A DNA stretch of 64,000 bases from contig JAFVYZ010000045.1 of assembly GCA_017508425.1 (NCBI GenBank), positions 5,220-69,219 of the forward strand, given 5' to 3'. Positions 1-9,637 of this stretch are shown piece after piece (within the stretch, counting starts at the first letter, position 1; each line of letters begins with the position of its first letter). Made by a program: the position numbers and the translations under genes. The stretch comes from Clostridia bacterium. Lineage in GTDB: Bacteria; Bacillota; Clostridia; Oscillospirales; CAG-272. The notes beneath the pieces are model-generated. The model saw only the letters and a program-made list of their open reading frames with translations. It was not told where the DNA came from and did not search any database.

Positions 1-1
1 G

Positions 2-553
2 GTTCTTGCCAGAGCCGTTGCGGCCTCGAGCATTCCTGTTATCTCGGCCGTCGGACACGAGACCGACGTAACACTTTGTGATTTTGTGGCGGATCTGCGC
101 GCCCCCACGCCGTCAGCGGCGGCGGAGCTTGCGGTCCCCGATCTTGTGGAGCTCAAGCGATTGCTTGGCGTGCGTGCAAGCTACCTTGTGAGGATGCTTT
201 CCTCGCGTATCGAGGCGGCAAGAGGCGCTGTCAATGCGCTTGCGGCGGCACGCTCCTTGCGTTCGCCCGTGGCCTATATTGATGATAAGCGTATGGCACT
301 GACCTATCTTTCGGAAAAGCTTGACGGAGGCGTTCGGCTTGCGCTTTTAAAGCAAAAAAATCGTTTTTCGTCTCTTTGCAGTAAGCTTGAGGCCCTCAAT
401 CCATTGGGTGTCCTTTTACGCGGCTATGCGGTAGTCTTTGATGAGCAAGGGAGCGCACTTTCCGGCATAGGACAAATTGAATGCGGCAGCAACGTTTTTG
501 TTCGGCTGTCAGACGGCACCTTTGAGGCGACCGTGATAAAGAAAGGTGAATGA
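2..553 (+). CDS. xseA: Exodeoxyribonuclease VII large subunit (5'-truncated by window edge)
   Basis: Frame open from base 2: [33 protein letters not shown] ... [12 protein letters not shown]; xseB follows. Confidence 0.95.
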   Translation, partial: VLARAVAASSIPVISAVGHETDVTLCDFVADLRAPTPSAAAELAVPDLVELKRLLGVRASYLVRMLSSRIEAARGAVNALAAARSLRSPVAYIDDKRMALTYLSEKLDGGVRLALLKQKNRFSSLCSKLEALNPLGVLLRGYAVVFDEQGSALSGIGQIECGSNVFVRLSDGTFEATVIKKGE

Positions 554-555
554 AT

Positions 556-783
556 ATGGCACAAAAGGAATTGGAATTTGAACAAGCGCTTCAAAGGCTT
601 GAGGCGGTTGTAAAGAAGCTTGAAGCCGGCAACGTGTCGCTGGATGAGGCCTTGGCCGGTTACGAAGAGGGGATTTCGTTGGTTCGTTTTTGCAATGAGA
701 AGCTGGATGCTGCCGAGCTTCGTGTGGATGCCGTTCGAATGACTGAGGAAGGTGCTTCGATCGCACCGTTTGATAAGGAATAA
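556..783 (+). CDS. xseB: Exodeoxyribonuclease VII small subunit
   Basis: FEQALQRLEAVVKKLE..SLDEALAGYEEG motif; ATG 556 has better RBS spacing than 550. Confidence 0.93.
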   Translation: MAQKELEFEQALQRLEAVVKKLEAGNVSLDEALAGYEEGISLVRFCNEKLDAAELRVDAVRMTEEGASIAPFDKE

Positions 784-1673
784 TGATGAATATTGAACAA
801 CATCTTGCAAAGGACGTTCAGGTGATCAATGATGAGATCGAGGCACTTTGCCAACGTAAGGATCCCGATTTTGCTCCCGTTCTCGATGCGATGGCATACA
901 GCTTGCTGGCCCCGCGTGCCAAGCGCATCCGTCCCGTCCTGACATTGGCCTTTTGCCGTTTGTTTGGCGGTGATTTGGCGGCGGCACTGCCGTGCGCGGT
1001 GGCACTTGAAATGGTGCACACCTATTCGCTGATCCACGATGATCTGCCTTGTATGGATAATGATGAGCTGCGACGCGGCCGTCCCACCTGCCACGTCGCA
1101 TACGGTGAGGCAACGGCCCTGCTTTCGGGCGACGCACTGTTGACCCGTGCGTTTGAGGTGCTGGGGGAAAATACGGCAATGTCCGATCGCACCGTGCGCG
1201 ATGCAGTACAGGTGCTTGCCCGTGCGGCCGGTGCTTTTGGAATGATCGGTGGTCAGGTCATTGACCTCGCCGGTGAAAAAGAGATCTTGCCCTTACTGCG
1301 GCTTCTTAAGTTACATGAAAACAAAACGGGAGCATTGATCGTTGCATCCGCCTTGCTCGGCTGCCTTTCTGCGGGTCTTACGCTTTCGGATGAGCGTACT
1401 AAGGCCGCAAAGCGATATGCCGAAGGCATTGGTCTTGCGTTCCAAATCGTTGATGACGTTATTGATGCTACCGCGACCGTTGAAACAGCCGGCAAGAGCG
1501 TGGGATCGGATCAAAAGCAGCACAAGACCACCTTTCTCTCGTATTACACGGCACAAGAGGCCTTAGCGTATGCTCACCGCGTGAGTGAAGAAGCGAAAAT
1601 GAGTATTGCATCCTTTGAGGGAAATGAGTTTTTGCTCGAGCTTGCTGATTATTTGATAAAGCGTAAATTTTGA
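783..1673 (+). CDS. ispA: Polyprenyl (farnesyl/geranylgeranyl) diphosphate synthase
   Basis: KRIRP, HTYSLIHDDLPCMDND..RRGRPT (FARM), FQIVDDVID (SARM). Confidence 0.93.
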   Translation: MMNIEQHLAKDVQVINDEIEALCQRKDPDFAPVLDAMAYSLLAPRAKRIRPVLTLAFCRLFGGDLAAALPCAVALEMVHTYSLIHDDLPCMDNDELRRGRPTCHVAYGEATALLSGDALLTRAFEVLGENTAMSDRTVRDAVQVLARAAGAFGMIGGQVIDLAGEKEILPLLRLLKLHENKTGALIVASALLGCLSAGLTLSDERTKAAKRYAEGIGLAFQIVDDVIDATATVETAGKSVGSDQKQHKTTFLSYYTAQEALAYAHRVSEEAKMSIASFEGNEFLLELADYLIKRKF

Positions 1674-1690
1674 TTGAACGGAGTTTACAA

Positions 1691-2188
1691 ATGGGAGTTT
1701 TAAAGGAAAATTTCATTGCATTTTTTACCAATCGCGTTTTGATGTGTGCGGTTCTTTCCTGGATAGTGGCTCAAATTTTAAAGATTTTCACATCCCCTGC
1801 GCATCGTGAGGAATTTTCGGTCCTGCGCCTGCTGGCAGGCAGCGGCGGTATGCCGAGCTCACACTCGGCGGTCGTAACGGGTGCGGCATTTTCTTGCGGT
1901 ATTTTATACGGCTTTGGTTCACCGTTGTTTGCCATTTCGGCCGTGCTGGCGGTTGTGGTTATGCGCGACGCCGCGGGAGTGCGCCGTGAATCGGGCAAGC
2001 AAGCGGCGGCGATCAATCAAATGTCAAGAGAGCTCAATAAAAAGCACAAATCGACCGACTTTGATCTTTTGACTGAGCTTCTCGGTCACACGCCCTTGCA
2101 GGTGTTCTTTGGCGGTGTTCTCGGCATTGTGATGGCATACTGCTGCCAGCTTTTACTCTTTCCTGCGCTTTTCGGACCGTTGGTATGA
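1691..2188 (+). CDS. Divergent PAP2 family membrane protein (DUF212/YuiD-like)
   Basis: GSGGMPSSHSA, DAAGVRR..GKQA, LGHTPLQV; usual position after ispA. Confidence 0.88.
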   Translation: MGVLKENFIAFFTNRVLMCAVLSWIVAQILKIFTSPAHREEFSVLRLLAGSGGMPSSHSAVVTGAAFSCGILYGFGSPLFAISAVLAVVVMRDAAGVRRESGKQAAAINQMSRELNKKHKSTDFDLLTELLGHTPLQVFFGGVLGIVMAYCCQLLLFPALFGPLV

Positions 2189-2961
2189 GGCTTGACGTAT
2201 TTTTGGTCGAGGCAGGGCATGCACCCAGCCGAGAAAGTGCCAAGCGCTTGATCGAATCGGGTCTGGTTACACTTGATGGCAAGGTTATCACAAAGCCGGC
2301 AAGCCACGTGGAGGGTGAACCGGTCGTCAACATCGTTTTGCCGCGCTACGTAGGGCGCGGCGGCGAAAAGCTGGAGGCGGCATTGCAAGCCTTTGGTCAA
2401 GACGTTACGGGTCTTCGTGCCCTTGATATCGGTGCTTCCACAGGTGGGTTTACCGATTGCCTTTTACAGCACGGAGCGCGTGAGGTCGTAGCATTGGATG
2501 CGGGGATCGGACAGCTACATCCCACCTTAAGAAAAGACGGTCGAGTAAAGAATATTGAAAAATACAACGCTCGTTATTTGAACGTGAATGATACGGGGAT
2601 CGTAGATGTAGCGGTGCTTGACGTATCGTTTATCTCACAAACCCTGATCTTGCCGCAAATTCCTGCCGTTCTCGGTGAGGGTGGCAAGCTCATTTCGCTG
2701 ATCAAGCCGCAATTTGAGGCGGGGCGCGGCGCCCTCAATAAGCAGGGCGTGGTTCGCCATCCCAAGGATCGACTGTTTGCCGTTTCGCGTGTGCTTGAGG
2801 CGGCGCGTGCCGTAGGACTCATTCTCAGGGGACTTATGCCCTCGCCCATCCTCGGCGGCGATGGAAATGAGGAATTTTTAGCACTCTTTTGCCTTGGGGC
2901 AAAGGAGATGCCGATCGATATTGAAAAAACTGTAATGGATAAGGCGGTGATACTTTTATGA
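2185..2961 (+). CDS. tlyA: TlyA family rRNA 2'-O-methyltransferase
   Basis: S4 domain MRLD..L; YVGRGGEKL, LDIGASTGGFTD, DVSFIS, LIKPQFE, GGDGNEEF. Confidence 0.93.
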   Translation: MRLDVFLVEAGHAPSRESAKRLIESGLVTLDGKVITKPASHVEGEPVVNIVLPRYVGRGGEKLEAALQAFGQDVTGLRALDIGASTGGFTDCLLQHGAREVVALDAGIGQLHPTLRKDGRVKNIEKYNARYLNVNDTGIVDVAVLDVSFISQTLILPQIPAVLGEGGKLISLIKPQFEAGRGALNKQGVVRHPKDRLFAVSRVLEAARAVGLILRGLMPSPILGGDGNEEFLALFCLGAKEMPIDIEKTVMDKAVILL

Positions 2962-3836
2962 TGAAAAACATAGCACTTATCACAAACTTTAACATTTATG
3001 ATAAGGCGAATGCGGCCCTCATCGTGGCGGAGGAGCTTGTGAAGTACGGTGCCAACGTGCTTTTGGCCTCGATCAACAAGGATCGCATTTTCCGTATGCA
3101 CAAGAACAAAAAGGAATATATCTATTTGCCTCTTGATGAGCTCTATCGCGAGGCGGATGCCGTGATCGTGCTCGGCGGTGATGGCTCGTTACTGGATGCT
3201 GCACGTCGAGCGGCACCGAACGGCAAGCCCTTGCTCGGCGTCAACATGGGGCGTCTCGGCTTTATGACGGAGCTTGAAATGACCGAGCTTTCCTTGCTTG
3301 AAAAGCTTTTTACGGGTGAGTTCGATTTGGATGATCGCGCAATGCTCCATGTCACCGTCAAGACCTCGGGAGGCGGCACGAGAGCGGAATCCTTTGCGCT
3401 TAATGACGCCGTTATTTCAAACGGCTCGGTGGCGCGCATCGTTGATCTTGAGCTTCACGAGGGTGGGGAGCTTGTTACCACGTACCGCGCCGACGGTGTG
3501 ATCGTGGCGACACCGACGGGCTCGACCGCTTATTCAATGTCTGCCGGCGGACCGATCGCGGATCCAGGCCTCCCTTGCCTTTGCGTCACACCCATTTGCT
3601 CGCATTCCTTAACGGCACGTCCCATTATGTTCCGTGACAATGCCGTACTTGAGATCAAGAATACCTGCCAGCGTGAAAAGATGCTGTATTTGACGGTGGA
3701 CGGTAAGATCAATTTTGAAATTTACCGCGGCGATTCCGTGGTCGTCACGCGATCGGATATGAAAACCTCGTTGATCCGCTTCAAGAAAAGCGGCTTTTAC
3801 AACCGTTTGCAAAGCAAAATGAACGCCTACGATTAA
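2958..3836 (+). CDS. nadK: NAD(+) kinase
   Basis: LGGDGS, GVNMGRLGF, LND, ADGVIVATPTGSTAYSMSAGGP. Confidence 0.95.
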   Translation: MMKNIALITNFNIYDKANAALIVAEELVKYGANVLLASINKDRIFRMHKNKKEYIYLPLDELYREADAVIVLGGDGSLLDAARRAAPNGKPLLGVNMGRLGFMTELEMTELSLLEKLFTGEFDLDDRAMLHVTVKTSGGGTRAESFALNDAVISNGSVARIVDLELHEGGELVTTYRADGVIVATPTGSTAYSMSAGGPIADPGLPCLCVTPICSHSLTARPIMFRDNAVLEIKNTCQREKMLYLTVDGKINFEIYRGDSVVVTRSDMKTSLIRFKKSGFYNRLQSKMNAYD

Positions 3837-3852
3837 CGTGAAGGAGTGCAAT

Positions 3853-4308
3853 ATGAAAAGCAATAGACAAAAGAAAATACTTGAGATCGTGAACCGTCAT
3901 CACGTGGAGACCCAGGATGACCTGATCGCTTATCTTGAGACCGAAGGATATTCGGTGACGCAAGCGACCATTTCGCGCGACATTCGCGAGCTGCAGCTCA
4001 CGAAGGTATTGACCACACACGGGACCTATCGTTACATTGCGCCCAAGCGCGAGGATATGGTGTCGGGGCTTAAATTCAATGCAGCATTGGTCGATTCGAT
4101 CACCAGCGTCGAATACGCTCTCAACATCATCGTCATTAAGACCTATCCCGGCTTGGCACAGGCTGTGGCGGCAGGGGTTGACAACCTTGCAATCGCTGAG
4201 GTGCTGGGATGCGTTGCGGGCGACGACACCATTCTTGTCGCCACCAAAAACGAGAGCGCAGCCAAGAGCATCAGTGAGCGCATCCATATTATTATGAAAG
4301 ACGGGTAA
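3853..4308 (+). CDS. argR: Arginine repressor
   Basis: TQATISRDIREL, GCVAGDDT; RBS AAGGAG before ATG 3853. Confidence 0.95.
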   Translation: MKSNRQKKILEIVNRHHVETQDDLIAYLETEGYSVTQATISRDIRELQLTKVLTTHGTYRYIAPKREDMVSGLKFNAALVDSITSVEYALNIIVIKTYPGLAQAVAAGVDNLAIAEVLGCVAGDDTILVATKNESAAKSISERIHIIMKDG

Positions 4309-4311
4309 GCT

Positions 4312-5991
4312 ATGCTACGATCACTCCATATTGAAAATATGGCGATCATGGCCTCCCTTGATGTGGATTTTGACCGCGGATTTACCGCTATCACGGGTGA
4401 AACGGGTGCCGGAAAATCGGTGATGATCGACGCGCTCACCTTTTTGCTTGGGGCAAAGCCTGCGCGCGATTTGTTGCGTCAGGGGGCTGAAACGGGAATG
4501 GTGAGTGCCATTTTCTCGGACATCGGGACAGCGGCGCTTGATTATCTTAACAGCGTAGGATTCCTGCAGGAGCCCTCGCCCGATACCGAGCTTTTACTGT
4601 CGAGAACCGTGGATAAAAACGGCAAAACCGCGGCACGTCTGAACGGCCGTATGATCCCGCAAGCCATACTCCGTGAATTATCCGCCTTTCTTGTCAGCAT
4701 CCAAGGGCAAAATGACAATCAACTGTTAATGCAACCCTCGGTACAGCAATCGATGCTGGACGGTGTGACTGATTTTGGCAGTGCACTTTCGCGTTATCGC
4801 GCGTGTTATCAAAAACGCGCTGAGCTGGAAACACAGCTGAACGGCATTATGAAGGACACCGCCGAAAAGGCGCGCTTGTCGGACATTTTGCGCTTTCAAA
4901 TTGCCGAGATCAATGAGGCTGGCCTGCATAACGGTGAGGAGGAGGCCTTGCTTTTGCGCCGTCAAAAGCTGCAATATGCGGAAAAGATCACCAAGCAGTC
5001 AAGCTTTACCTACCACGTGCTGCTCGGTAGTGAAAAGGCCTCAGCTTCCTTGATCCTTGACCGAGCCGCAGCGGCAATGAAGGGCATTTCGGGCGTGGTA
5101 CCCGAGGCGGCCGATATGGCCGAAAGGCTATCGGCGATGCGCTATGAGATCGAGGATATTGCGAGCGCGGCAAGGGATTTCGCCGATGACGTGGAGGGGA
5201 ACCCCACCGAGGCCTTGAACGCAGTGGAATCGCGCTTGGATCTGATCAGTAGATTGGAGCGCAAGTACGGCAAGGATATCCCCGAGATCCTGGCGTTTCG
5301 CGAGAATGCCGTAAACAAGCTTCGCTTGCTTGAATTCGGTGAGGAAGAGGGTGAGCGCATCCAAAAGGAGATCACGGCTCTTGAGCGGGAAATGAAGGCC
5401 TTGGCCTGTGAATGCCACGCCGCGCGACTTGAAGCGGCGGCATCCTTAAACGATAGGATCATGAGTGAGCTTGCCTTTTTGGATATGCCCTCGGTTCGCT
5501 TTGAAATTGCCGTGAACGATACCGGGCGGTTTTTGCCGGAGGGTACCGATGAGGTCGTTTATATGATCTCTACCAACAAAGGGGAGGCGATGAAACCGCT
5601 TTCCCGCGTGGCATCGGGTGGTGAATTGTCCCGTGTGACGCTGGCTCTTCGCAGTGTTTTAAACGATCGCGAAGGTGTGGCGACGGCTATTTTTGATGAG
5701 GTGGATACCGGTATTTCGGGCAAGACCGCACGAAAGATCGGCATTAAGCTTCTTGAAATTGCCCAAACGATGCAGGTGCTTTCGGTTACGCACTCGGCTC
5801 AGGTCGCGTCGCTTGCAACGGCACATTACAAGATCGCCAAGCACGAGGAAAACGGCCGTACCGTTTCTACTGTAATTCCGCTTGACCGTGAGGGACGCAT
5901 TGCGGAGGTGGCACGAATCCTTGGCGGAATCAAGGTCACCGATACGCAGCGCCGTGCCGCGATCGAAATGATCGAAGAGGGTGAAAAATGA
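4312..5991 (+). CDS. recN: DNA repair protein RecN
   Basis: TGETGAGKS Walker A, coiled coil, SGGELSR signature, IFDEVDTGISG. Confidence 0.96.
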   Translation: MLRSLHIENMAIMASLDVDFDRGFTAITGETGAGKSVMIDALTFLLGAKPARDLLRQGAETGMVSAIFSDIGTAALDYLNSVGFLQEPSPDTELLLSRTVDKNGKTAARLNGRMIPQAILRELSAFLVSIQGQNDNQLLMQPSVQQSMLDGVTDFGSALSRYRACYQKRAELETQLNGIMKDTAEKARLSDILRFQIAEINEAGLHNGEEEALLLRRQKLQYAEKITKQSSFTYHVLLGSEKASASLILDRAAAAMKGISGVVPEAADMAERLSAMRYEIEDIASAARDFADDVEGNPTEALNAVESRLDLISRLERKYGKDIPEILAFRENAVNKLRLLEFGEEEGERIQKEITALEREMKALACECHAARLEAAASLNDRIMSELAFLDMPSVRFEIAVNDTGRFLPEGTDEVVYMISTNKGEAMKPLSRVASGGELSRVTLALRSVLNDREGVATAIFDEVDTGISGKTARKIGIKLLEIAQTMQVLSVTHSAQVASLATAHYKIAKHEENGRTVSTVIPLDREGRIAEVARILGGIKVTDTQRRAAIEMIEEGEK

Positions 5992-6476
5992 AAGGGAAGA
6001 CTAACGTAATGCGTATGCTTGATGCGGCAAAGATTGCTTACCGTGCCTGCGAATACGAGGTCGATGAAAACAACCTTGCCGGCACGCACATTGCCGAGGA
6101 GATCGGCTTGCCGTATGAGAAGGTGTATAAGACTCTTGTGGCCCGCGGCGACAAAACGGGGCCTGTGGTATTTGTGATCCCTTGTCACCTTGAAATAGAC
6201 CTTAAAAAAGCAGCCAAAGAAACGGGGAACAAACGCATTGAAATGATTCCCGTCAAGGATCTGTTGGTTTTAACGGGGTATATCCGCGGCGGATGCTCGC
6301 CGATCGGGATGAAAAAGAAATTTCCCACCTTCATCAGTCACTTTGTCACCGAGCAAGAGGAAATTACCGTCAGTGCCGGTGTGCGTGGCATTCAATTATT
6401 GCTTAACAAGGATGCGCTTGTCCATTTTGTGGGAGCAAAATGTGCGGATATTACGATTTTACTTGACAATCCTTAA
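5988..6476 (+). CDS. ybaK: Cys-tRNA(Pro) deacylase YbaK/EbsC
   Basis: KTNVMRMLD, YKTLV, TGYIRGGCSPIGMKK, VSAGVRG. Confidence 0.92.
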   Translation: MKGKTNVMRMLDAAKIAYRACEYEVDENNLAGTHIAEEIGLPYEKVYKTLVARGDKTGPVVFVIPCHLEIDLKKAAKETGNKRIEMIPVKDLLVLTGYIRGGCSPIGMKKKFPTFISHFVTEQEEITVSAGVRGIQLLLNKDALVHFVGAKCADITILLDNP

Positions 6477-6491
6477 AAATCGTATTAAAAT
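6463..6491 (+). promoter_or_regulatory. SigA-type promoter of glyQS
   Basis: TTGACA-N17-TAAAAT. Confidence 0.7.
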
Positions 6492-6525
6492 AGTATTTAC
6501 TTATTTATATTTATAGGAGCGAACT

Positions 6526-7941
6526 ATGAACAACAGCGAAAAAACAATGGAAAAAATCGTAGCCCTTTGTAAGAACCGCGGATTTATTTTTCCCGGTTCC
6601 GAAATTTACGGCGGTCTTGCCAATTCTTGGGACTACGGCCCTCTTGGCGTAGAGTTTAAAAATAATGTAAAACGCGCCTGGTGGAAAAAATTCGTGCAGG
6701 AGAGCCGTTTTAACGTCGGACTTGACAGTGCGATCATCATGAATCCCGAAGCATGGGTAGCCTCCGGCCACGTGGGCGGATTTTCGGATCCCTTGATGGA
6801 CTGCAAGTCCTGCAAGGCCCGTCATCGCGCTGATAAGCTGATTGAAGAGTATGCTTTTGAAAATGGCCTTGAGGACAATCCTGCCGGTTGGAGCTTTGAG
6901 CAAATGTCGGCCTATATTGAGGAAAAGGGAATCGTTTGCCCCGTGTGCGGCAAGCGTGATTTCACCGCGATCAAGAAGTTTAACCTGATGTTTAAGACCT
7001 TTGTGGGCGTAAATGAGGATACTGCCAATACTGTATATCTTCGTCCCGAAACGGCACAGGGCATCTTTGTAAACTTCCCCGCGATCGCACGCTCCACCCG
7101 TCGCAAGCTCCCCTTCGGTGTTTGTCAGATCGGTAAATCCTTCCGTAACGAGATCACGCCCGGCAACTTTGTTTTCCGTACCCGTGAGTTTGAGCAAATG
7201 GAGCTTGAGTTCTTTTGCAAGCCCGGCACGGACCTTGAGTGGTTCGCTTATTGGAAGGACTTTTGCAAGAAGTGGCTCCTTGATCTCGGCATGAGAGAGG
7301 AGAACCTGCGCCTTCGTGATCACGATCCCGAGGAGCTTGCCTTCTATTCGAAGGGCACCACGGATTTTGAGTTCCTGTTCCCGTTTGGTTGGGGTGAGCT
7401 TTGGGGCATTGCTGACCGTACGGATTATGACCTTTCTCAGCACGCAAAGCACAGCGGCAAGGACCTTACCTATTTCGATCCCGAAACGAATGAGCACTAC
7501 GTGCCCTACGTGGTAGAGCCCTCTCTTGGTGCTGACCGTGTGGCTCTTGCCTTCCTTGTTGACGCGTACGATGAGGAAGTGATCGACGAGGCTAAGAATG
7601 ACACCCGTGTCGTTCTTCACCTGCACCCGGCTCTTGCACCTTATAAGGTAGCTGTGCTCCCGCTTTCGAAGAAGCTCTCCGAGAAGGCGCTTGAGGTTCG
7701 TGATGAGCTGGCAAAGTACTTTGCGGTAGATTATGATGAGGCCGGCTCGATCGGCAAGCGTTACCGCCGTGAGGACGAGATCGGTACCCCTCTTTGCGTT
7801 ACCATCGACTTTGAGACCGTGGGTGATGCCGAAAAGGCGGCTGACAACTGTGTAACGGTTCGCGACCGTGATACCATGGAGCAGGTTCGTGTTCCGATTT
7901 CCGAGCTTCGCGCATATATTGAAAAGAAGATTGCATTTTAA
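6526..7941 (+). CDS. glyQS: Glycine--tRNA ligase, homodimeric (alpha2) type
   Basis: [63 protein letters not shown]. Confidence 0.97.
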   Translation: MNNSEKTMEKIVALCKNRGFIFPGSEIYGGLANSWDYGPLGVEFKNNVKRAWWKKFVQESRFNVGLDSAIIMNPEAWVASGHVGGFSDPLMDCKSCKARHRADKLIEEYAFENGLEDNPAGWSFEQMSAYIEEKGIVCPVCGKRDFTAIKKFNLMFKTFVGVNEDTANTVYLRPETAQGIFVNFPAIARSTRRKLPFGVCQIGKSFRNEITPGNFVFRTREFEQMELEFFCKPGTDLEWFAYWKDFCKKWLLDLGMREENLRLRDHDPEELAFYSKGTTDFEFLFPFGWGELWGIADRTDYDLSQHAKHSGKDLTYFDPETNEHYVPYVVEPSLGADRVALAFLVDAYDEEVIDEAKNDTRVVLHLHPALAPYKVAVLPLSKKLSEKALEVRDELAKYFAVDYDEAGSIGKRYRREDEIGTPLCVTIDFETVGDAEKAADNCVTVRDRDTMEQVRVPISELRAYIEKKIAF

Positions 7942-7973
7942 TTGTCCTATTAAGTAAAAAAGGGGGGGACGTT

Positions 7974-8681
7974 TTGTTTACGATACGGATCGCTGAATTG
8001 AATGTTAAAGTAAATAACCGTTACCCCTATGCCGAAAGGTTTTGCCGCGAGTTTTTTTGTGAGTGTACCGTGCCCGATATAGAGGTTTGTGTGAGTGACG
8101 AGGAGCTCGAGGCAGAACGCTTGCTGGATCCTTACAATTCCACGGACGGCTATCTTGAGTGCATTTGCATCTATCGCAAAATTGCCTTGGAGCTGCCGAG
8201 GTTTGATGCTATGGTCTTCCACGCTTCGGTGGTGTCTGTGGATGGTATGGCCTACGCCTTTGCCGCGCACAGCGGTACGGGAAAATCGACCCACACTGAT
8301 CTTTGGCTCCGTGTATTTGGGGAGCGCGCAAAGATCGTAAACGGTGACAAGCCCATTTTTCGGTTGATCGACGGTAAGTGGCACGCCTTTGGCACGCCTT
8401 GGCGCGGTAAAGAGGGGCTTGGTGACAGCACGTCGGCACCACTTCGCGCAATTTGCTTTTTGGAGCGCGGCAAGAATAATGAGATCGCACCTCTCGGTGA
8501 CGCTGAGGCGGTTTCTCGCTTGTTTTCTCAAGTGCTTTTACCTCGAGAGGCCGATATGGCCGAAAAGCAACTCTCGCTGCTCGATCATTTGATCTCGAGC
8601 ACGCCAACCTATTTACTCCGTTGCAATATGCTGCCCGAGGCGGCTGTTGTTTCCTATCAAGCGATGTCAAAGGAGAACTGA
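7974..8681 (+). CDS. HPr-kinase-related P-loop protein (SynChlorMet ScmC-like)
   Basis: FHASVV..DG.AYAFAAHSGTGKSTH, IVNGDKP, GTPWRGKE; adjacent to PqqD; TTG start after G-rich RBS. Confidence 0.75.
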   Translation: MFTIRIAELNVKVNNRYPYAERFCREFFCECTVPDIEVCVSDEELEAERLLDPYNSTDGYLECICIYRKIALELPRFDAMVFHASVVSVDGMAYAFAAHSGTGKSTHTDLWLRVFGERAKIVNGDKPIFRLIDGKWHAFGTPWRGKEGLGDSTSAPLRAICFLERGKNNEIAPLGDAEAVSRLFSQVLLPREADMAEKQLSLLDHLISSTPTYLLRCNMLPEAAVVSYQAMSKEN

Positions 8682-8682
8682 A

Positions 8683-8949
8683 ATGATCCGCAGCAAGGAC
8701 TTTATCAAACGAAAGATCGCCACACAGTACGTGATCGTGGCACTGGGGCAGGCGACCAAAAAATTTAACGGTATGGTATCCGTTAACGAAACCGGAAGCT
8801 TTATTTGGGATGCGCTTGAATCCGACATTTCCATGGATGAATTGGTTGAAAAAATCACTGAAAATTATGAGATCGATGCCGAAACGGCACGTGCTCACGC
8901 CACCGACTTTGTGAATACCTTGAAGGGAGTCGGTGCGATTGTTGAATAA
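8683..8949 (+). CDS. PqqD family protein (stand-alone RiPP recognition element)
   Basis: 88 aa; FIKRKIA..YVIV..NGMVSVNETGSFIWDAL..ELVEKITENYEID..A..F..L; RBS AGGAG. Confidence 0.88.
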   Translation: MIRSKDFIKRKIATQYVIVALGQATKKFNGMVSVNETGSFIWDALESDISMDELVEKITENYEIDAETARAHATDFVNTLKGVGAIVE

Positions 8950-9394
8950 ATCTTATTCCATGGAGGAGCTTCACCCCTTGCTTTGCGAGGTGATCGAAAG
9001 CGGTGGCGAATTTCGCCTGTGGCCGCGCGGCACCAGTATGCGTCCTCTTTTGCGTGAGGGACGCGACAGTGTGGCCTTGGTATCTCCTCGGGGATGCAGG
9101 AAACGCGATATTTGCCTTTATCGCCGCGCGGACGGGGCGTTTGTACTCCATCGATTGATGAAATTTGACAAGGACGGGAATCCCGTGTTTTGCGGCGACA
9201 ATCAAACGAAATTGGAAGTCGGTGTAAAAGTGGAAGATATTCTTGCGCGTGCTGTGGCCGTTTATCGCGGCGAAAAGCGTGTGCCTGTAACGGCCTTTCG
9301 CTATCGGCTTTACACCTTGCTTTACGGCATATTGCCCCTTCGTTGGCTGTGGCTTTTACCGCGCCGTATTTTAGCGAGGCTTCGAAGAAAATAA
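8933..9394 (+). CDS. S24/S26 family peptidase
   Basis: GTSMRPLL (catalytic Ser), DICLYRR...VLHRL, CGDN; hydrophobic/basic C-terminus; start codon uncertain (8933-8942). Confidence 0.82.
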   Translation: MRLLNKSYSMEELHPLLCEVIESGGEFRLWPRGTSMRPLLREGRDSVALVSPRGCRKRDICLYRRADGAFVLHRLMKFDKDGNPVFCGDNQTKLEVGVKVEDILARAVAVYRGEKRVPVTAFRYRLYTLLYGILPLRWLWLLPRRILARLRRK

Positions 9395-9429
9395 AAAAGA
9401 ACGGTGCGCCGGAGCGCACCGTTCTTTTT
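9394..9429. terminator. Bidirectional intrinsic terminator
   Basis: AAAAAGAACGGTGCGC-CGGA-GCGCACCGTTCTTTTT between convergent genes. Confidence 0.9.
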
Positions 9430-9433
9430 ATGT

Positions 9434-9616
9434 TTAGATTGCGTCACTGTAAAAGGGAAAATCGACCGTAGCCTCGGTCTTTTCCTTTTCTTTTTTGGAT
9501 TCTTTGATGTTTTCTACGATCATAAAGATCGTGAAATAAGCCATACTTACCACCATAAGAACGGAAAGGACAATGGCGAGGATGCGTGCGTAAATTTTGG
9601 TTTTTTTGTTGCTCAT
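9434..9616 (-). CDS. Small single-pass membrane protein (60 aa)
   Basis: RBS GAAGGA; basic N-terminus, one hydrophobic helix, charged tail; last gene of the directon before the terminator. Confidence 0.7.
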   Translation of the reverse strand: MSNKKTKIYARILAIVLSVLMVVSMAYFTIFMIVENIKESKKEKEKTEATVDFPFYSDAI

Positions 9617-9637
9617 AATTGTTTTCCTTCTTTCATT

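Noticed and set aside
6511-7626. 371-aa minus-strand ORF
   Set aside because: Antisense shadow of glyQS caused by codon bias; no motifs or RBS.
9434-9616. 60-aa ORF as the precursor peptide for the RRE cassette
   Set aside because: Opposite strand, separated by a terminator, belongs to the topoisomerase directon, and looks like an ordinary single-TM protein; not formally excluded.
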